DNA from: an uncultured Lentisphaeria bacterium
Lineage (GTDB): Bacteria; Verrucomicrobiota; Lentisphaeria; JABSQK01; JAJFLO01
Reading direction: 5' to 3'
DNA length: 32,000 nt
Assembly: GCA_951812855.1 (NCBI GenBank)
Contig: OX638337.1
Location: 1,020,001-1,052,000, forward strand
The translations under genes and the position numbers were made by a program. The notes beneath the pieces were generated by a model, which was not told where the DNA came from, did not search any database, and saw nothing but the letters and a program-made list of their open reading frames with translations. Of this stretch, positions 18,574 to 28,328 are shown piece by piece. Numbering within the stretch: the first letter of the stretch is position 1; each line of letters begins with the position of its first letter.

Positions 18574-18803
18574 GTGCTTAATTCGCTTCTATAATTGAGT
18601 ATTTAAATAGGGTCAAGTTCTAATTGTTAGAGTTAGACGCAAATCAGGTGCCACAGGCTGGATTTTAATTTCATAGAAACGATTTGTGTGTTGGGAGGAC
18701 GATGGGGGAGGGTTTAATTACAGGTAATATCTCTATTGGTATAATTGACACTTAACCAGGCCGGAGAGCCTGGATCAAAACAGGTTATAAAGATTGATTG
18801 ATC

Positions 18804-19829
18804 TCAGGTTGAATAATTAAATTGCCGGAGAAAACGTACATCGTTTTCATAAAGCAAACGTATATCGTTTATCTTGTATCTTATCATAGCTAAACGCTCA
18901 ATACCCATGCCGAATGCGTAACCAGTATATTCTTCCGGATCACAGCCTACATGCTTAAAGACCTCCGGGTCGACCATGCCGGCTCCGGATATTTCAAGCC
19001 AACCACTTTGCCTGCACACGGAACACCCCTTTCCGTTACAGTTGACGCACGAGAAATCATATTCCAGACTGGGTTCAGTGAATGGGAAAAAGTGGGGGCG
19101 AAACCGCACGTTTACATCCTTGCCAAACATTTCATGGGCAAAGGTTAATAATGTTCCTTTGAGTTCGGCAAGTGAAACGTTTTTATCAACATACAGTCCT
19201 TCAATTTGGTGAAAATTCATGCTGTGTGTAGCATCCGGGGTATCACGGCGATAACATCTGCCCGGTGCAACAATTCGTATTGGGGGTTTCCGACTCTCCA
19301 TAACCCGAATTTGAACTGGCGACGTCTGTGTTCGCAATAATCGCCCATCTGGCAGGTAGAAGGTATCTTGTATGTCCCTTGATGGATGATCTGCCGGTGT
19401 ATTTAATGCATCAAAATTATGAAATTCATCTTCGATGTCGGGACCGTCAGCAACAATAAATCCTAATCGTCGAAATATCTCAACAGCATCGTCGATAACC
19501 TGATTGACGGGGTGTTTGCTGCCAATTCCCCGGCGTCTTCCGGGAAGACTGATGTCAATTGATTTATCAACGGTATTTGAACTGAGCGATTTCTTTTTTT
19601 CTTCGACAGCACCGGCTAATGATGTTTTGCATAAATTTGCGGTTTTGCCAATTTCAGGTCTTTCTTCGGGGGATAATCGTCCGACCGATTTCAAAAGCTG
19701 AGAGACAATACCCTTTTTCCCAAGATATTTGATCCTGATTTCCTCAACTGCCTTAGCGTCATCAGCGATCTCAATTTCTTTCAATCCGTTATCCAGTGCG
19801 GATTCCAATTCTGATTTTAAGGTGCTCAT
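18804..19829 (-). CDS. pheS: Phenylalanine--tRNA ligase alpha subunit
   Basis: 341-aa ORF with class II aaRS motifs: HPSRDIQDTFY, FRPHFFPFTEPS, GAGMVDPEV and GYAFGMGIERLAM. Confidence 0.95.
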   Translation of the reverse strand: MSTLKSELESALDNGLKEIEIADDAKAVEEIRIKYLGKKGIVSQLLKSVGRLSPEERPEIGKTANLCKTSLAGAVEEKKKSLSSNTVDKSIDISLPGRRRGIGSKHPVNQVIDDAVEIFRRLGFIVADGPDIEDEFHNFDALNTPADHPSRDIQDTFYLPDGRLLRTQTSPVQIRVMESRKPPIRIVAPGRCYRRDTPDATHSMNFHQIEGLYVDKNVSLAELKGTLLTFAHEMFGKDVNVRFRPHFFPFTEPSLEYDFSCVNCNGKGCSVCRQSGWLEISGAGMVDPEVFKHVGCDPEEYTGYAFGMGIERLAMIRYKINDIRLLYENDVRFLRQFNYST

Positions 19830-20018
19830 CTCTGCTGTATTTGATTTATCTGTCAGGTTTAAAAGTAAATTAAAGTAAAACTATGCGTAGATAATAGAAT
19901 AATCACAACAGGTAATTATTTTCTTTTTATTTCGTGCAATATTAGAAATGATGAGTTTGAGTAATACCATATCTTTAATTTTTTTGCAAGGATCGAATTT
20001 GGAAAATAAACTATAGCC

Positions 20019-21377
20019 ATGAGTAAATATTTTATATCAGTCTGCTTTTTTTGTCAGTTTCAATTCGTCCATGCTGTTGGTGAGGAGTTACTAATTGCTC
20101 CGGCTGCTGATAAATTTTCTAAAAATATTTCCGGGCAATTAATTCAATTATTATATGATGCAGGTGCAATACGCAAGGAAACGAATGTTGAAGATACCGG
20201 CTTAAAGAAGAGAATGATCGAACGGCATCATATGTTGGACGATTGGTTTCGTTCAAAAGGCAAACACGTTACATGGGAACAATGTAAAAATGAAATAGAC
20301 AAAACCAATTATATAAAATTTAGACAAATGATGGCAAATCGAGACTTTTTACAGCTTGGATTAAACCAACGATTAAAGTATATCCGGGCAGTGAATGATT
20401 ACCTTGACGTTTTTTTATTAAACTTTTTGTCATCATTGACCACCTTGATAAATTCAAATACCGCTGACTCTGATAAACATCAAAAATTACTTATAGAAAG
20501 AGTTGTCAGACAGCTTAATAAGCCGGTCAGTATTCAGATTCGATATTTTAATCGGAACAGGTTTACTATGACAGGTGCATTATATCTGCCGAATGAACCG
20601 GCGATATATATTAATTTGAATGAATTGATTCGTTCAGGTCCAGATTTTATAGATTCTGTTGAACATGAGATGTGGCATCATTTATTACCTCCCCGCAATG
20701 ATTCAGGTGATTTTGCAACTCTTTGGTTTGAAGGTTTTACTGAAACTGTTTCAGAAATTTGGAGCAGTAAGCTTCATCAGAATGTACCTGCAGACCGGAC
20801 AGGAGTTCGACCTTCAAAAACGATTCAATATCCTGTTCAGACTGCGTTTGTTTCATTATTCTTTGGTCTGGAGAATCAATCCGCTCTTAATTTTTTTTCA
20901 GGATTCCTTTCCGCACAGGATTTTGCTGCAGAATTCAGGATAAACAGCGGCAATATTAAAGTGAATCGTTACACCACTAAAAGGAATAAAAATGCGTATG
21001 ACTCAGATCTGAGAAAATGTTTGATGCAAGTTGTTTTGAGTATGAACACTATTTCAAAACATGATCAATTAAAAATTGAAAAAATTCTTTCTAATTGGGG
21101 TTGGAGAGAAGATAATGGCAAACCCGTTACTGTGTCTCGTTACCTGGATGATGGTGTATTGTCTAATCGCCTCATTAATAAAGCCTACCGCTACGAAAGG
21201 CAATTATTTTTAGATTTTATTCAAGCAATGACAATTGTCCAGTTACAGAAAATTCAGAAGAGCGTTTCGATAAGTAAAGCGGCCAGAGAATTTCAGCTGC
21301 CGGATCATCTGATTAAGAACATCAAAAAAGTTGCCGGGTATGTTAATAATCCTTATCATCAATTCGCGAATCGATAA
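20019..21377 (+). CDS. Secreted hypothetical protein with a gluzincin-like HEXXH...E motif (putative metallopeptidase)
   Basis: 452-aa ORF with a hydrophobic N-terminus (MSKYFISVCFFCQFQFVHAVG). HEMWH (nt about 20664-20678) is followed 17 residues later by Glu within WFEGFTE, which recalls the M1-type HEXXH-X18-E / W-L-N-E-G-F arrangement. Confidence 0.5.
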   Translation: MSKYFISVCFFCQFQFVHAVGEELLIAPAADKFSKNISGQLIQLLYDAGAIRKETNVEDTGLKKRMIERHHMLDDWFRSKGKHVTWEQCKNEIDKTNYIKFRQMMANRDFLQLGLNQRLKYIRAVNDYLDVFLLNFLSSLTTLINSNTADSDKHQKLLIERVVRQLNKPVSIQIRYFNRNRFTMTGALYLPNEPAIYINLNELIRSGPDFIDSVEHEMWHHLLPPRNDSGDFATLWFEGFTETVSEIWSSKLHQNVPADRTGVRPSKTIQYPVQTAFVSLFFGLENQSALNFFSGFLSAQDFAAEFRINSGNIKVNRYTTKRNKNAYDSDLRKCLMQVVLSMNTISKHDQLKIEKILSNWGWREDNGKPVTVSRYLDDGVLSNRLINKAYRYERQLFLDFIQAMTIVQLQKIQKSVSISKAAREFQLPDHLIKNIKKVAGYVNNPYHQFANR

Positions 21378-21796
21378 ATTATGCAGAAATTTTGCCGAGG
21401 ATTTTTTATCGATCTGGACTGTCCAATGCTCCAGGATGGGGATTAATAAAACGGGAATTTGGCTATACTTATTTGAATAAAACTTCGATAGCCATGCTGC
21501 GTAAAATTTATCTGAAGGTTAAGTCGCTCTTAGGGATTCTCTAAATTAAAGGTCTGGATTTTGATATATCAGGGCATTTGCCTTTCCTGTGCTAAAAAAT
21601 CGACACTTTGGGATATATTATTTGTTATTTTAAACTTATATTTTATCAAACTCGATATTCCTTTTTAGTGTGAAATAAATCAAAGGCATTCCTGGTTTAT
21701 AAAGGAGCGAGAATTTTAAATCATTCATTTATCGAAATATTCTTTGGACACAGTCATTCAAAACTAATTGCATAAATAACCGACTAAGGACAGAAA

Positions 21797-23305
21797 ATGC
21801 CGGAAACAATACACGAAAATATCAACAGTCACCTTCAAGACTTTTCTTCTCAAATTGATAACGATATTACAAGAGTATCAATCATTCTCGCAGCGGGTCA
21901 TGGCAGGCGTATCCGCTCTGAAAAGTCAAAAATGTTACATGAAATCTGGGGGGTGCCAACTGTTTTACGAGTCGCAGATGCTGTGCGAACAGGATTGAAT
22001 TCAGAAAACCAGATTGTTGTCGTAGGTAAAAAAGCCAAAGAAGTTGTTCAGACATTGGGTAATCACAACAATCGAATATTTACACATCAGCACGATCAAC
22101 TCGGAACGGGTGATGCAGTACGAATCGGTATTCAGCCTTTGACTGACGCAGACTTTGATGGCGATGTCTATGTTTTTCCAGGTGACATGGGGTTATTGAC
22201 GAAAAAGGTTGTGAGTGAGTTAATGGCTGATTTTAAGAAAAACGATTGTGATATGATCGTATTAACTGCGGAATATCATGGTGATCCGGAGTTGAATTAC
22301 TATGGCAGAATTTTGAGAGTACCATCTCACGATATCAATGGAAATTCATCCGGAGATGATTTTGATAAAGTTATCGAGATTAAAGAACATAGAGATATTA
22401 TTGAGACGTCAACAAAATCACCGTATAAGGTACAATACAATAGTCGAGAGTACGAATTTAGCCGAAATAATCTTATTAAAATAAATGAATTTAATACAGG
22501 TGTTTACGTATTTAAATTGGCACCATTCAAGTTCAGTCTGTCCCAGTTGAAAAATGACAATGCCCAAAACGAATTTTACATGACAGACATGATTAAAATA
22601 TTTAACCAAAATGCATTGACTGTTCGATCTGTGTATGCGTCTGATTCGAGTACGGTTTTAGGATTTAATAACAAGAGTGTATTAAAGGAAATGGATCGTA
22701 TTGCCGGTGAAAAAGTTTATGATCAGCTGAAAGACATTATTACAATTGATGATAAGGACGATTTTTTCATTGACGATAACGTTGTTTCACAAATCATAGA
22801 AATGGACAAAAAATATGCACCGCTTGATATCGTCATTGGCAAGGGTGTTTACATTGGCACAGGTGTTGTTCTTAACCGGGGAGTAAATCTTCGGGACAGA
22901 GTATATTTAAGTGGAAATATTGAACTTGGTAAAAATGTTCGGATCCATGAAAATGTTATGATGACCACCTTCCCCGATCAAACACTGTCCATCGGTGATA
23001 ACAGCGAAATATTTCAGGGAAATATTTTTAAAGGGAATTTAGAGATTGGAGTACGATGTCGTATTGAATCCGGCGTCAATATTACCGGTTCTGATGATCA
23101 CCCGACAAAGATTGATGATCATGTTTTAATTAAAGGGACCAGTTATTTATTTGGCTGCAAAGTTGACGAAAATGTAATCATTGAGCATTCTGTTTTGAAA
23201 TGTAAGTATATCGAAAAGACAATTCAGAGAGATGGTAATGTTAAAGCGATTCGCTGGATATTGCCAATGCCGGAAGGTCTGGATTCAATTCATCCATTAG
23301 AATAA
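21797..23305 (+). CDS. GlmU-like sugar-phosphate nucleotidyltransferase with a C-terminal left-handed beta-helix (hexapeptide) domain
   Basis: 502-aa ORF. The N-terminal ILAAGHGRRIRSEKSKMLHEIWGVP matches the LAAGxGxRMxSxxPKvLH loop. The C-terminal part has hexapeptide-like repeats (IGKGVYIGTGVVLNRGVNLRDRVYLSGNIELGKNVRI...). It is longer than canonical GlmU, which is about 456 aa in E. coli. Confidence 0.7.
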   Translation: MPETIHENINSHLQDFSSQIDNDITRVSIILAAGHGRRIRSEKSKMLHEIWGVPTVLRVADAVRTGLNSENQIVVVGKKAKEVVQTLGNHNNRIFTHQHDQLGTGDAVRIGIQPLTDADFDGDVYVFPGDMGLLTKKVVSELMADFKKNDCDMIVLTAEYHGDPELNYYGRILRVPSHDINGNSSGDDFDKVIEIKEHRDIIETSTKSPYKVQYNSREYEFSRNNLIKINEFNTGVYVFKLAPFKFSLSQLKNDNAQNEFYMTDMIKIFNQNALTVRSVYASDSSTVLGFNNKSVLKEMDRIAGEKVYDQLKDIITIDDKDDFFIDDNVVSQIIEMDKKYAPLDIVIGKGVYIGTGVVLNRGVNLRDRVYLSGNIELGKNVRIHENVMMTTFPDQTLSIGDNSEIFQGNIFKGNLEIGVRCRIESGVNITGSDDHPTKIDDHVLIKGTSYLFGCKVDENVIIEHSVLKCKYIEKTIQRDGNVKAIRWILPMPEGLDSIHPLE

Positions 23306-23666
23306 CATATGCGAATCATTTGTAGTGAATGTTAATTCTTCAGCACTCAACGTATATTGGGCACTGAATAAATCATGAACAGCAGAGATCGGTTCAGGTT
23401 ATTGGCATTTTTCTGGTAATAAGTTAACTCCTGAAAATTTAATTTTGCGTGTTTATTAAACGCATTAAAGTAAAAATCTGTATCAGGTATTAATTCGCCG
23501 ATCCTGAAAAACGATTTAATATGCTTGTATTCAATATGTTATGTATCATATATCAGTTGATGAAATGCCCGAAAAATCAACTGTTTATCGTAATAACCGG
23601 TCAATCCGGTTGAACGAATCTAAGGAGAACCTAATGCAGGGGCAATCCCGGAATGGTAAAGAGTAA

Positions 23667-24312
23667 CAATTTCTTTACAATGGTTTATGTTGAATCCGAA
23701 TCACAGACTTTACCGACGCTCTCATGCAGTCCCGCGGGATAATTTTAGAAAAAGAGTTCAAGCAATATTATGACCTTTGTTTACAATGGATCAAATCGCG
23801 TGATCAAGCGTATCGACAGTTTACAAAACAAAGAACAATTATTTTATGATGATGCCGGCAACCTGGAAATACGAATCGATCCGCCAAACTGAATAACAGG
23901 CTGTGAATTTGACGAAGTAACCCGTTTAGCAACAGTCCTTTATCCCGGTGAAACTATTAACTATACCTACTATGACGGCAATGGTAATTTGTGAACAATG
24001 ATCGATGCTGACGGTACGACATTTTATTATTATGACGAATGAAACCGGCTAATATCCGTAAACGATCATAATCGCAATGCTGTCAGTTACGAGTATGACT
24101 CGAATAACAACAGGAAAAGAATAACTTATCCTGCAGGCTTTATCGTGGACTGTGTATATGACCCGGTTAATCGATTAAAAACAATGACCTGGAATACGGA
24201 TAAAACAGTGATTTTGGGTTATGATAATGCCGGCCGGTTGGTGACGATTCACTATCCAAATACTGTCATCGGATTCGCCCGATATAAGGAGGTTCGATTG
24301 TCTCTAATTTGA
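23667..24312 (+). pseudogene. RHS/YD-repeat protein fragment interrupted by in-frame TGA codons and at least one frameshift
   Basis: Manual translation of frame 1 (23749-24312) gives ...FVYNGSNRVIKRIDSLQNKEQLFYDDAGNLEIRIDPPN*ITGCEFDEVTRLATVLYPGETINYTYYDGNGNL*TMIDADGTTFYYYDE*NRLISVNDHNRNAVSYEYDSNNNRKRITYPAGFIVDCVYDPVNRLKTMTWNTDKTVILGYDNAGRLVTIHYPN.... This shows classic YD-repeat periodicity (YxYDxxGNL...DxxG...YxYDxxxRL). The internal stops are TGA at 23890, 23992 and 24040. A weaker YD-like stretch in another frame (23667-23775) contains TGA 23691. The six-frame track misses it because no segment has a start followed by 60 or more codons. Confidence 0.65.
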
Positions 24313-24326
24313 TTTGCTGATTTCCG

Positions 24327-25487
24327 TCACGCATTCTTGATTAGATCTCTAAATCGATGAAAGAGATATTGAGGATCGTGGGGGCCCGGTCCGGACTCAG
24401 GGTGATACTGTACTGCAAACATCGGTTCCTTTTCATGCTGTATACCCTCAATCGTATTATCATTTAAGTTAATGTGAGTAATCTCCAAATTATCTAAGTT
24501 GCATGTGGCAGCATCGATTGCAAAATTATGATTTTGTGATGTAATTTCGATTTTTTCTGTTGTTAAATCTTTTACGGGGTGATTGCACCCATGGTGCCCG
24601 AATTTCAGCCGGTATGTCTCGCCACCGCATGCAAGTCCCAGCAACTGATGGCCAAGGCAAATTCCCATAACAGGAACCTTGCCAATTAATTGTCTGGCAT
24701 TATCAATTGCATAAGAAACCGCGGCCGGATCCGCGGGTCCATTTGAATAAAAAACGCCGTCCGGTTTGAGTTTTAACACGTCTTCTGAGGTTGTTTTTGC
24801 AGGAACAACGGTTACATCCATACCACATATTCTTAAATTTCTGAGAATATTGTATTTAATACCAAAGTCATAGGCGACAATATTGAGATCAGCTTTAGGT
24901 AATTTATCCGATAAGCCCCAATAATCATTACTGCTGCATTTGACATCCCATCTATAGGTATCGTCACAACTTACTTTTGATGCATAATCCTGTCCATCAA
25001 GACCTTCCCAATTTTTTGCATTGGTAATTGCGTCAGCTTCAGTAATTGTTCCACTGACACAGAGGAAGCCTTTCATTGTCCCCTCGGTCCTGAGTGTTGT
25101 CGTTAGTGCTCTCGTGTCAATCCCGGCTATTGCCGGGATTTTATTTTCCTTGAGGAATTCTGGAAGTGACTGTTCACTGCGCCAGTTTGCAGATTGATTA
25201 AGTTCATGAATGATTAAGCCATTTAAAAATAATCCTCTCGACTCCATATCAGCTGAATTAATACCGGTACTTCCAATTTCAGGGTATGTCATCGTTACAA
25301 ATTGACCGCAATAGGATGGATCACTTAGAATTTCCTGATACCCCGTCATGCCGGTATTAAAAACGATTTCACCGGTTTTATCGATTTCAGATCCAATCGA
25401 GTGTCCACGATAAATTGTTCCATCTTCAAGTGCAAGAAATGCCTTTTGATTACGTTTCTCCTGCCAGTGCCAATTTTTTTGAGTCAT
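24327..25487 (-). CDS. carA: Carbamoyl-phosphate synthase small (glutamine amidotransferase) subunit
   Basis: 386-aa ORF. The N-terminal CPSase small-chain domain has GEIVFNTGMTGYQEILSDPSY. The class I GATase triad context is GICLGHQLL and VQYHPE. Confidence 0.95.
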   Translation of the reverse strand: MTQKNWHWQEKRNQKAFLALEDGTIYRGHSIGSEIDKTGEIVFNTGMTGYQEILSDPSYCGQFVTMTYPEIGSTGINSADMESRGLFLNGLIIHELNQSANWRSEQSLPEFLKENKIPAIAGIDTRALTTTLRTEGTMKGFLCVSGTITEADAITNAKNWEGLDGQDYASKVSCDDTYRWDVKCSSNDYWGLSDKLPKADLNIVAYDFGIKYNILRNLRICGMDVTVVPAKTTSEDVLKLKPDGVFYSNGPADPAAVSYAIDNARQLIGKVPVMGICLGHQLLGLACGGETYRLKFGHHGCNHPVKDLTTEKIEITSQNHNFAIDAATCNLDNLEITHINLNDNTIEGIQHEKEPMFAVQYHPESGPGPHDPQYLFHRFRDLIKNA

Positions 25488-25866
25488 ATCGTTTTCCAGT
25501 AGTTAAAATTAAAATATATGTCCAGAAAAATGTTATAAGCTATAACCTTTTTTAAAGAATGTTTATATTTAAGGGAATAATTTTTAAATTAATGAGTTAC
25601 TTCCACTTTTTTAATTACAACAGAAATGATCGAAGCGAGTTTTCGTCAGCTTCTATATTTACAGGGAACATACAAACTGATTAACAGTCATAATCGCTAT
25701 CTGCCTGATTGAATTAAAAATCTTGTTTTTTCAAGTGTCCATATATTTCTGATAGTATCCTGGAGATTTTAGGAAGATCACGTTGGTATTTACTGATGTA
25801 GATCGTTAGATTCAGCGGGAAATCAAGTATGATTAATTTAATAATTCTTATAAGGGGCATTTTACT

Positions 25867-26289
25867 ATGGGATTAAACGAAATGCCGATGGGGCTGTCCC
25901 TGTTGATATGCGATTTAATTATTCAGGACAAGCAGACAAATAAACGGACATTGGTTGGCTTATTTGATCGTCTATTTACAGCAAAACTTCCGTGTGTTCA
26001 TCCTTCTTTATCTATTTTTGTGTCATTGACCAGCGGTCATGGACAGTATAATTGCGAAATTGTTTGTCGTCATCAAGCGAAGAAAGAGGTTACTTTTTCT
26101 GTAAAAGGTAACGTCGCGTTTCAAAATCCGTTACAGGTTGTAGAGCTGGTTTTTAATGTTCAGGGAATCACATTTCGTCATGAAGGTGAATATTGGCTTG
26201 AGTTTAATGTTGATGGTGTCCCGGTTATGATGAGGCGGATATTCATCGTTTTAAAGGAAAAAGAACCAGGCAAATCCGGATCGAAATAA
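25867..26289 (+). CDS. Hypothetical small protein (140 aa), coupled to gspF
   Basis: The ORF has AAGGGG upstream and its stop lies 3 nt before the gspF ATG. It appears beta-rich with no TM segment or signal peptide. It resembles small uncharacterised DUF-type proteins (LLICDLIIQD...GLFDRLF...LPCVHPSLSIFVSL...GEYWLEFNVDGVPV). I cannot name a family with confidence. Confidence 0.5.
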   Translation: MGLNEMPMGLSLLICDLIIQDKQTNKRTLVGLFDRLFTAKLPCVHPSLSIFVSLTSGHGQYNCEIVCRHQAKKEVTFSVKGNVAFQNPLQVVELVFNVQGITFRHEGEYWLEFNVDGVPVMMRRIFIVLKEKEPGKSGSK

Positions 26290-26292
26290 TAC

Positions 26293-27498
26293 ATGCCTCT
26301 TTATAAATTTAAGATTTCAAATTCCGCCGGGAAAATTCAAGAGCTTTTGATTGAAGGTGATAATCAGGCTGATGCAACCCGGCGCCTGCAAATTCGCGGT
26401 TTGATTCCGATTGAATTTTTAGGGCAGAGTAACAGTTCGTCTTCGTCTCCGCCAATGCAATGGGGATTTCGGAAGAAGTTTGATGTGGCAGACTTTACCG
26501 ATAGACTTGTCCCATTGCTGCAGGCAGACATTCCTTTAGAGAAAGCGTTGGCAATTGTTGAGGAAACGGGTGAAAGCCGGGATGAAAAAGAAATAATTTC
26601 CAGTTTAAGGCGAGGATTACATGAAGGACGAAAATTCTCCCAACTTATTCGGGATCGAAGTCAATTGTTCCCTAAAATGTATGCCAGTATCGTTGAAGCC
26701 GGCGAGGAAGCTGGAGCGTTACCCCAGGTTTTGGGTCAATTAAGAGATTTCCTGAATATGACGCGGGAAATGAAGGCTTTCTTAATTTCAGCTTCAATCT
26801 ATCCATTTTTTGTGATTGTTGTATGTGTGGGCGTTATTTCTTTGCTGCTGGGGATTGTCGTGCCTCGATTTGCACGAGTCATCGTCAGTACAGGACGAGA
26901 GCCGTCTTTCAGTACACAATTATTATTGAATTCTTCTGAGTTTATTCGGAATTATTGGTGGGGAGGATGCATTTTACTGGTGATTATGATGTTTATTATA
27001 AAACAGGCTGAACATGAAGGAAAGGTAAAGGAAATTTGGGATTCGGCTGTACTTAAACTTCCATTTTTAAATCGAATCGTCATACTCGCCAATATAGGTC
27101 GTCAGGTAAGAACAATGTCTATACTCATGAAGAGTGGTGTACATTTACTGGATACAGTTTCAATTTCCGCAAGAGTATTGCAGAATAATAAATTAAGGGA
27201 TTCTATCGCAGGACTTGCTGCAGAGTTGAAACGGGGAGAACGATTATCATCTGCACTAAGCCGCAGCCAGTATATTCCTCCTCTTGTTATCCGTATGTTA
27301 TCGGTCGGTGAAGAGACGGGAGCAAGTGACGAAATGCTTGAGCGGGTAGCAGATCGCTATGATAGTGAGCTTAAACAAATAATCAAGAGGGCATTGGCCT
27401 GGTTTGAGCCTATGGTAATTGTATTATTGGGTGGTATCGTCGGCACAATTGTTCTTTTGCTGTTTTTAGCCGTATTAGATATCCAAAGCAGTTTTTAG
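26293..27498 (+). CDS. gspF: Type II secretion system protein F (GspF/PilC family platform protein)
   Basis: 401-aa ORF with a duplicated T2SSF-type architecture. Two cytoplasmic helical domains (each with a G-x-x-L/F-S..L motif, e.g. GRKFSQLI and GERLSSAL) are separated by TM segments. The C-terminal TM helix is PMVIVLLGGIVGTIVLLLFLAV. Confidence 0.9.
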   Translation: MPLYKFKISNSAGKIQELLIEGDNQADATRRLQIRGLIPIEFLGQSNSSSSSPPMQWGFRKKFDVADFTDRLVPLLQADIPLEKALAIVEETGESRDEKEIISSLRRGLHEGRKFSQLIRDRSQLFPKMYASIVEAGEEAGALPQVLGQLRDFLNMTREMKAFLISASIYPFFVIVVCVGVISLLLGIVVPRFARVIVSTGREPSFSTQLLLNSSEFIRNYWWGGCILLVIMMFIIKQAEHEGKVKEIWDSAVLKLPFLNRIVILANIGRQVRTMSILMKSGVHLLDTVSISARVLQNNKLRDSIAGLAAELKRGERLSSALSRSQYIPPLVIRMLSVGEETGASDEMLERVADRYDSELKQIIKRALAWFEPMVIVLLGGIVGTIVLLLFLAVLDIQSSF

Positions 27499-27808
27499 CC
27501 GATTAATGATTTGAATGTTCTGTGAATAAATATTGTCTGTTTAAATTGTGTATTAACTGATTTCCAGGGTTAATAAAATAACGATTTTTCAGCAATTCAA
27601 AATTACAGGTTTTTTTCGGGCATTTTTTGAATACGCTTTTGTTAAACACATTAGTCAGATTCGGTCAACAAGTATACAGTAATAAAAAGCAGGTTGTTCG
27701 TGATAATTCTGATTTATTTTGAATACGTTACGAAATATTGGTGTCAATTATCTTGATTATTGTGAATTAAATCATAAAAATTAACTGGTCTGTCACAAGG
27801 ATAACAGA

Positions 27809-28246
27809 ATGAATAAAATGAAATTTCAAAATGAGACGATAATACGATCATATTTTTCACTTACTGAATTAATGGTTGTATTATTGATTATTGGTCTTGT
27901 TGTGGGTCTGGTTGGACCCGCCTTATTTGAGCGTTACCAGGAGGCACAAAGAAAGGCTGCAAAAGCACAGATTATGCTTATTAAAGAATGTGTTAAGAGT
28001 TATTATCTTGATATGAATGAGTTCCCCCGATCGTTAGAAGATATTGTTAGAAACCCAGGTTCAGGCAGTAATTGGAAAGGACCCTATATTGAAGATGCGA
28101 TCATTCCTAAAGATCCATGGGGAAATGACTATCTGTATGATTTTCCCGGTAGAAATAATCGGGCATTTGAGATTTACAGTTATGCGAAAGATAATGCACC
28201 GGGCGGGGAGGGTGGTGATGCTGATGTGGGTAGTTGGAGTGAATAA
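27809..28246 (+). CDS. gspG: Type II secretion major pseudopilin GspG
   Basis: 145-aa ORF. It has a prepilin-type N-terminus (FSLTELMVVLLIIGLVVGLVGP), the GspG core (KGPYIE...PKDPWGNDYLY) and a C-terminal calcium-site-like GGEGGDADVGSW. Confidence 0.9.
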   Translation: MNKMKFQNETIIRSYFSLTELMVVLLIIGLVVGLVGPALFERYQEAQRKAAKAQIMLIKECVKSYYLDMNEFPRSLEDIVRNPGSGSNWKGPYIEDAIIPKDPWGNDYLYDFPGRNNRAFEIYSYAKDNAPGGEGGDADVGSWSE

Positions 28247-28328
28247 TTTAGCAGATGTTTTACACTCAATATCCGGACAATAATTTAGACCCGGAGAAGA
28301 GGTATATCTCAGCGGAATTCAAATTAAG

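Noticed and set aside
18756-18773. Hairpin CCAGGC-cggaga-GCCTGG about 30 nt downstream of the pheS stop, considered as a terminator.
   Set aside because: The GC-rich 6-bp stem is plausible, but no U tract follows on the pheS (minus) strand. That is not enough to annotate it.
17295-18803. Integrated mobile element at tRNA-Ser.
   Set aside because: There is no integrase, no detectable direct repeat of the tRNA 3' end and no phage or IS genes. It is retained only as a low-interest scar hypothesis.
23667-24312. Genome-wide TGA reassignment (code 4 or 25) as the explanation for the TGA-interrupted RHS fragment.
   Set aside because: dprA, topA, the UDPGP gene and the 110-aa ORF all terminate at TGA at positions consistent with full-length proteins. 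No intact gene needs TGA read-through. Any recoding would have to be local or foreign, so it is kept only as a minor hypothesis in the finding.
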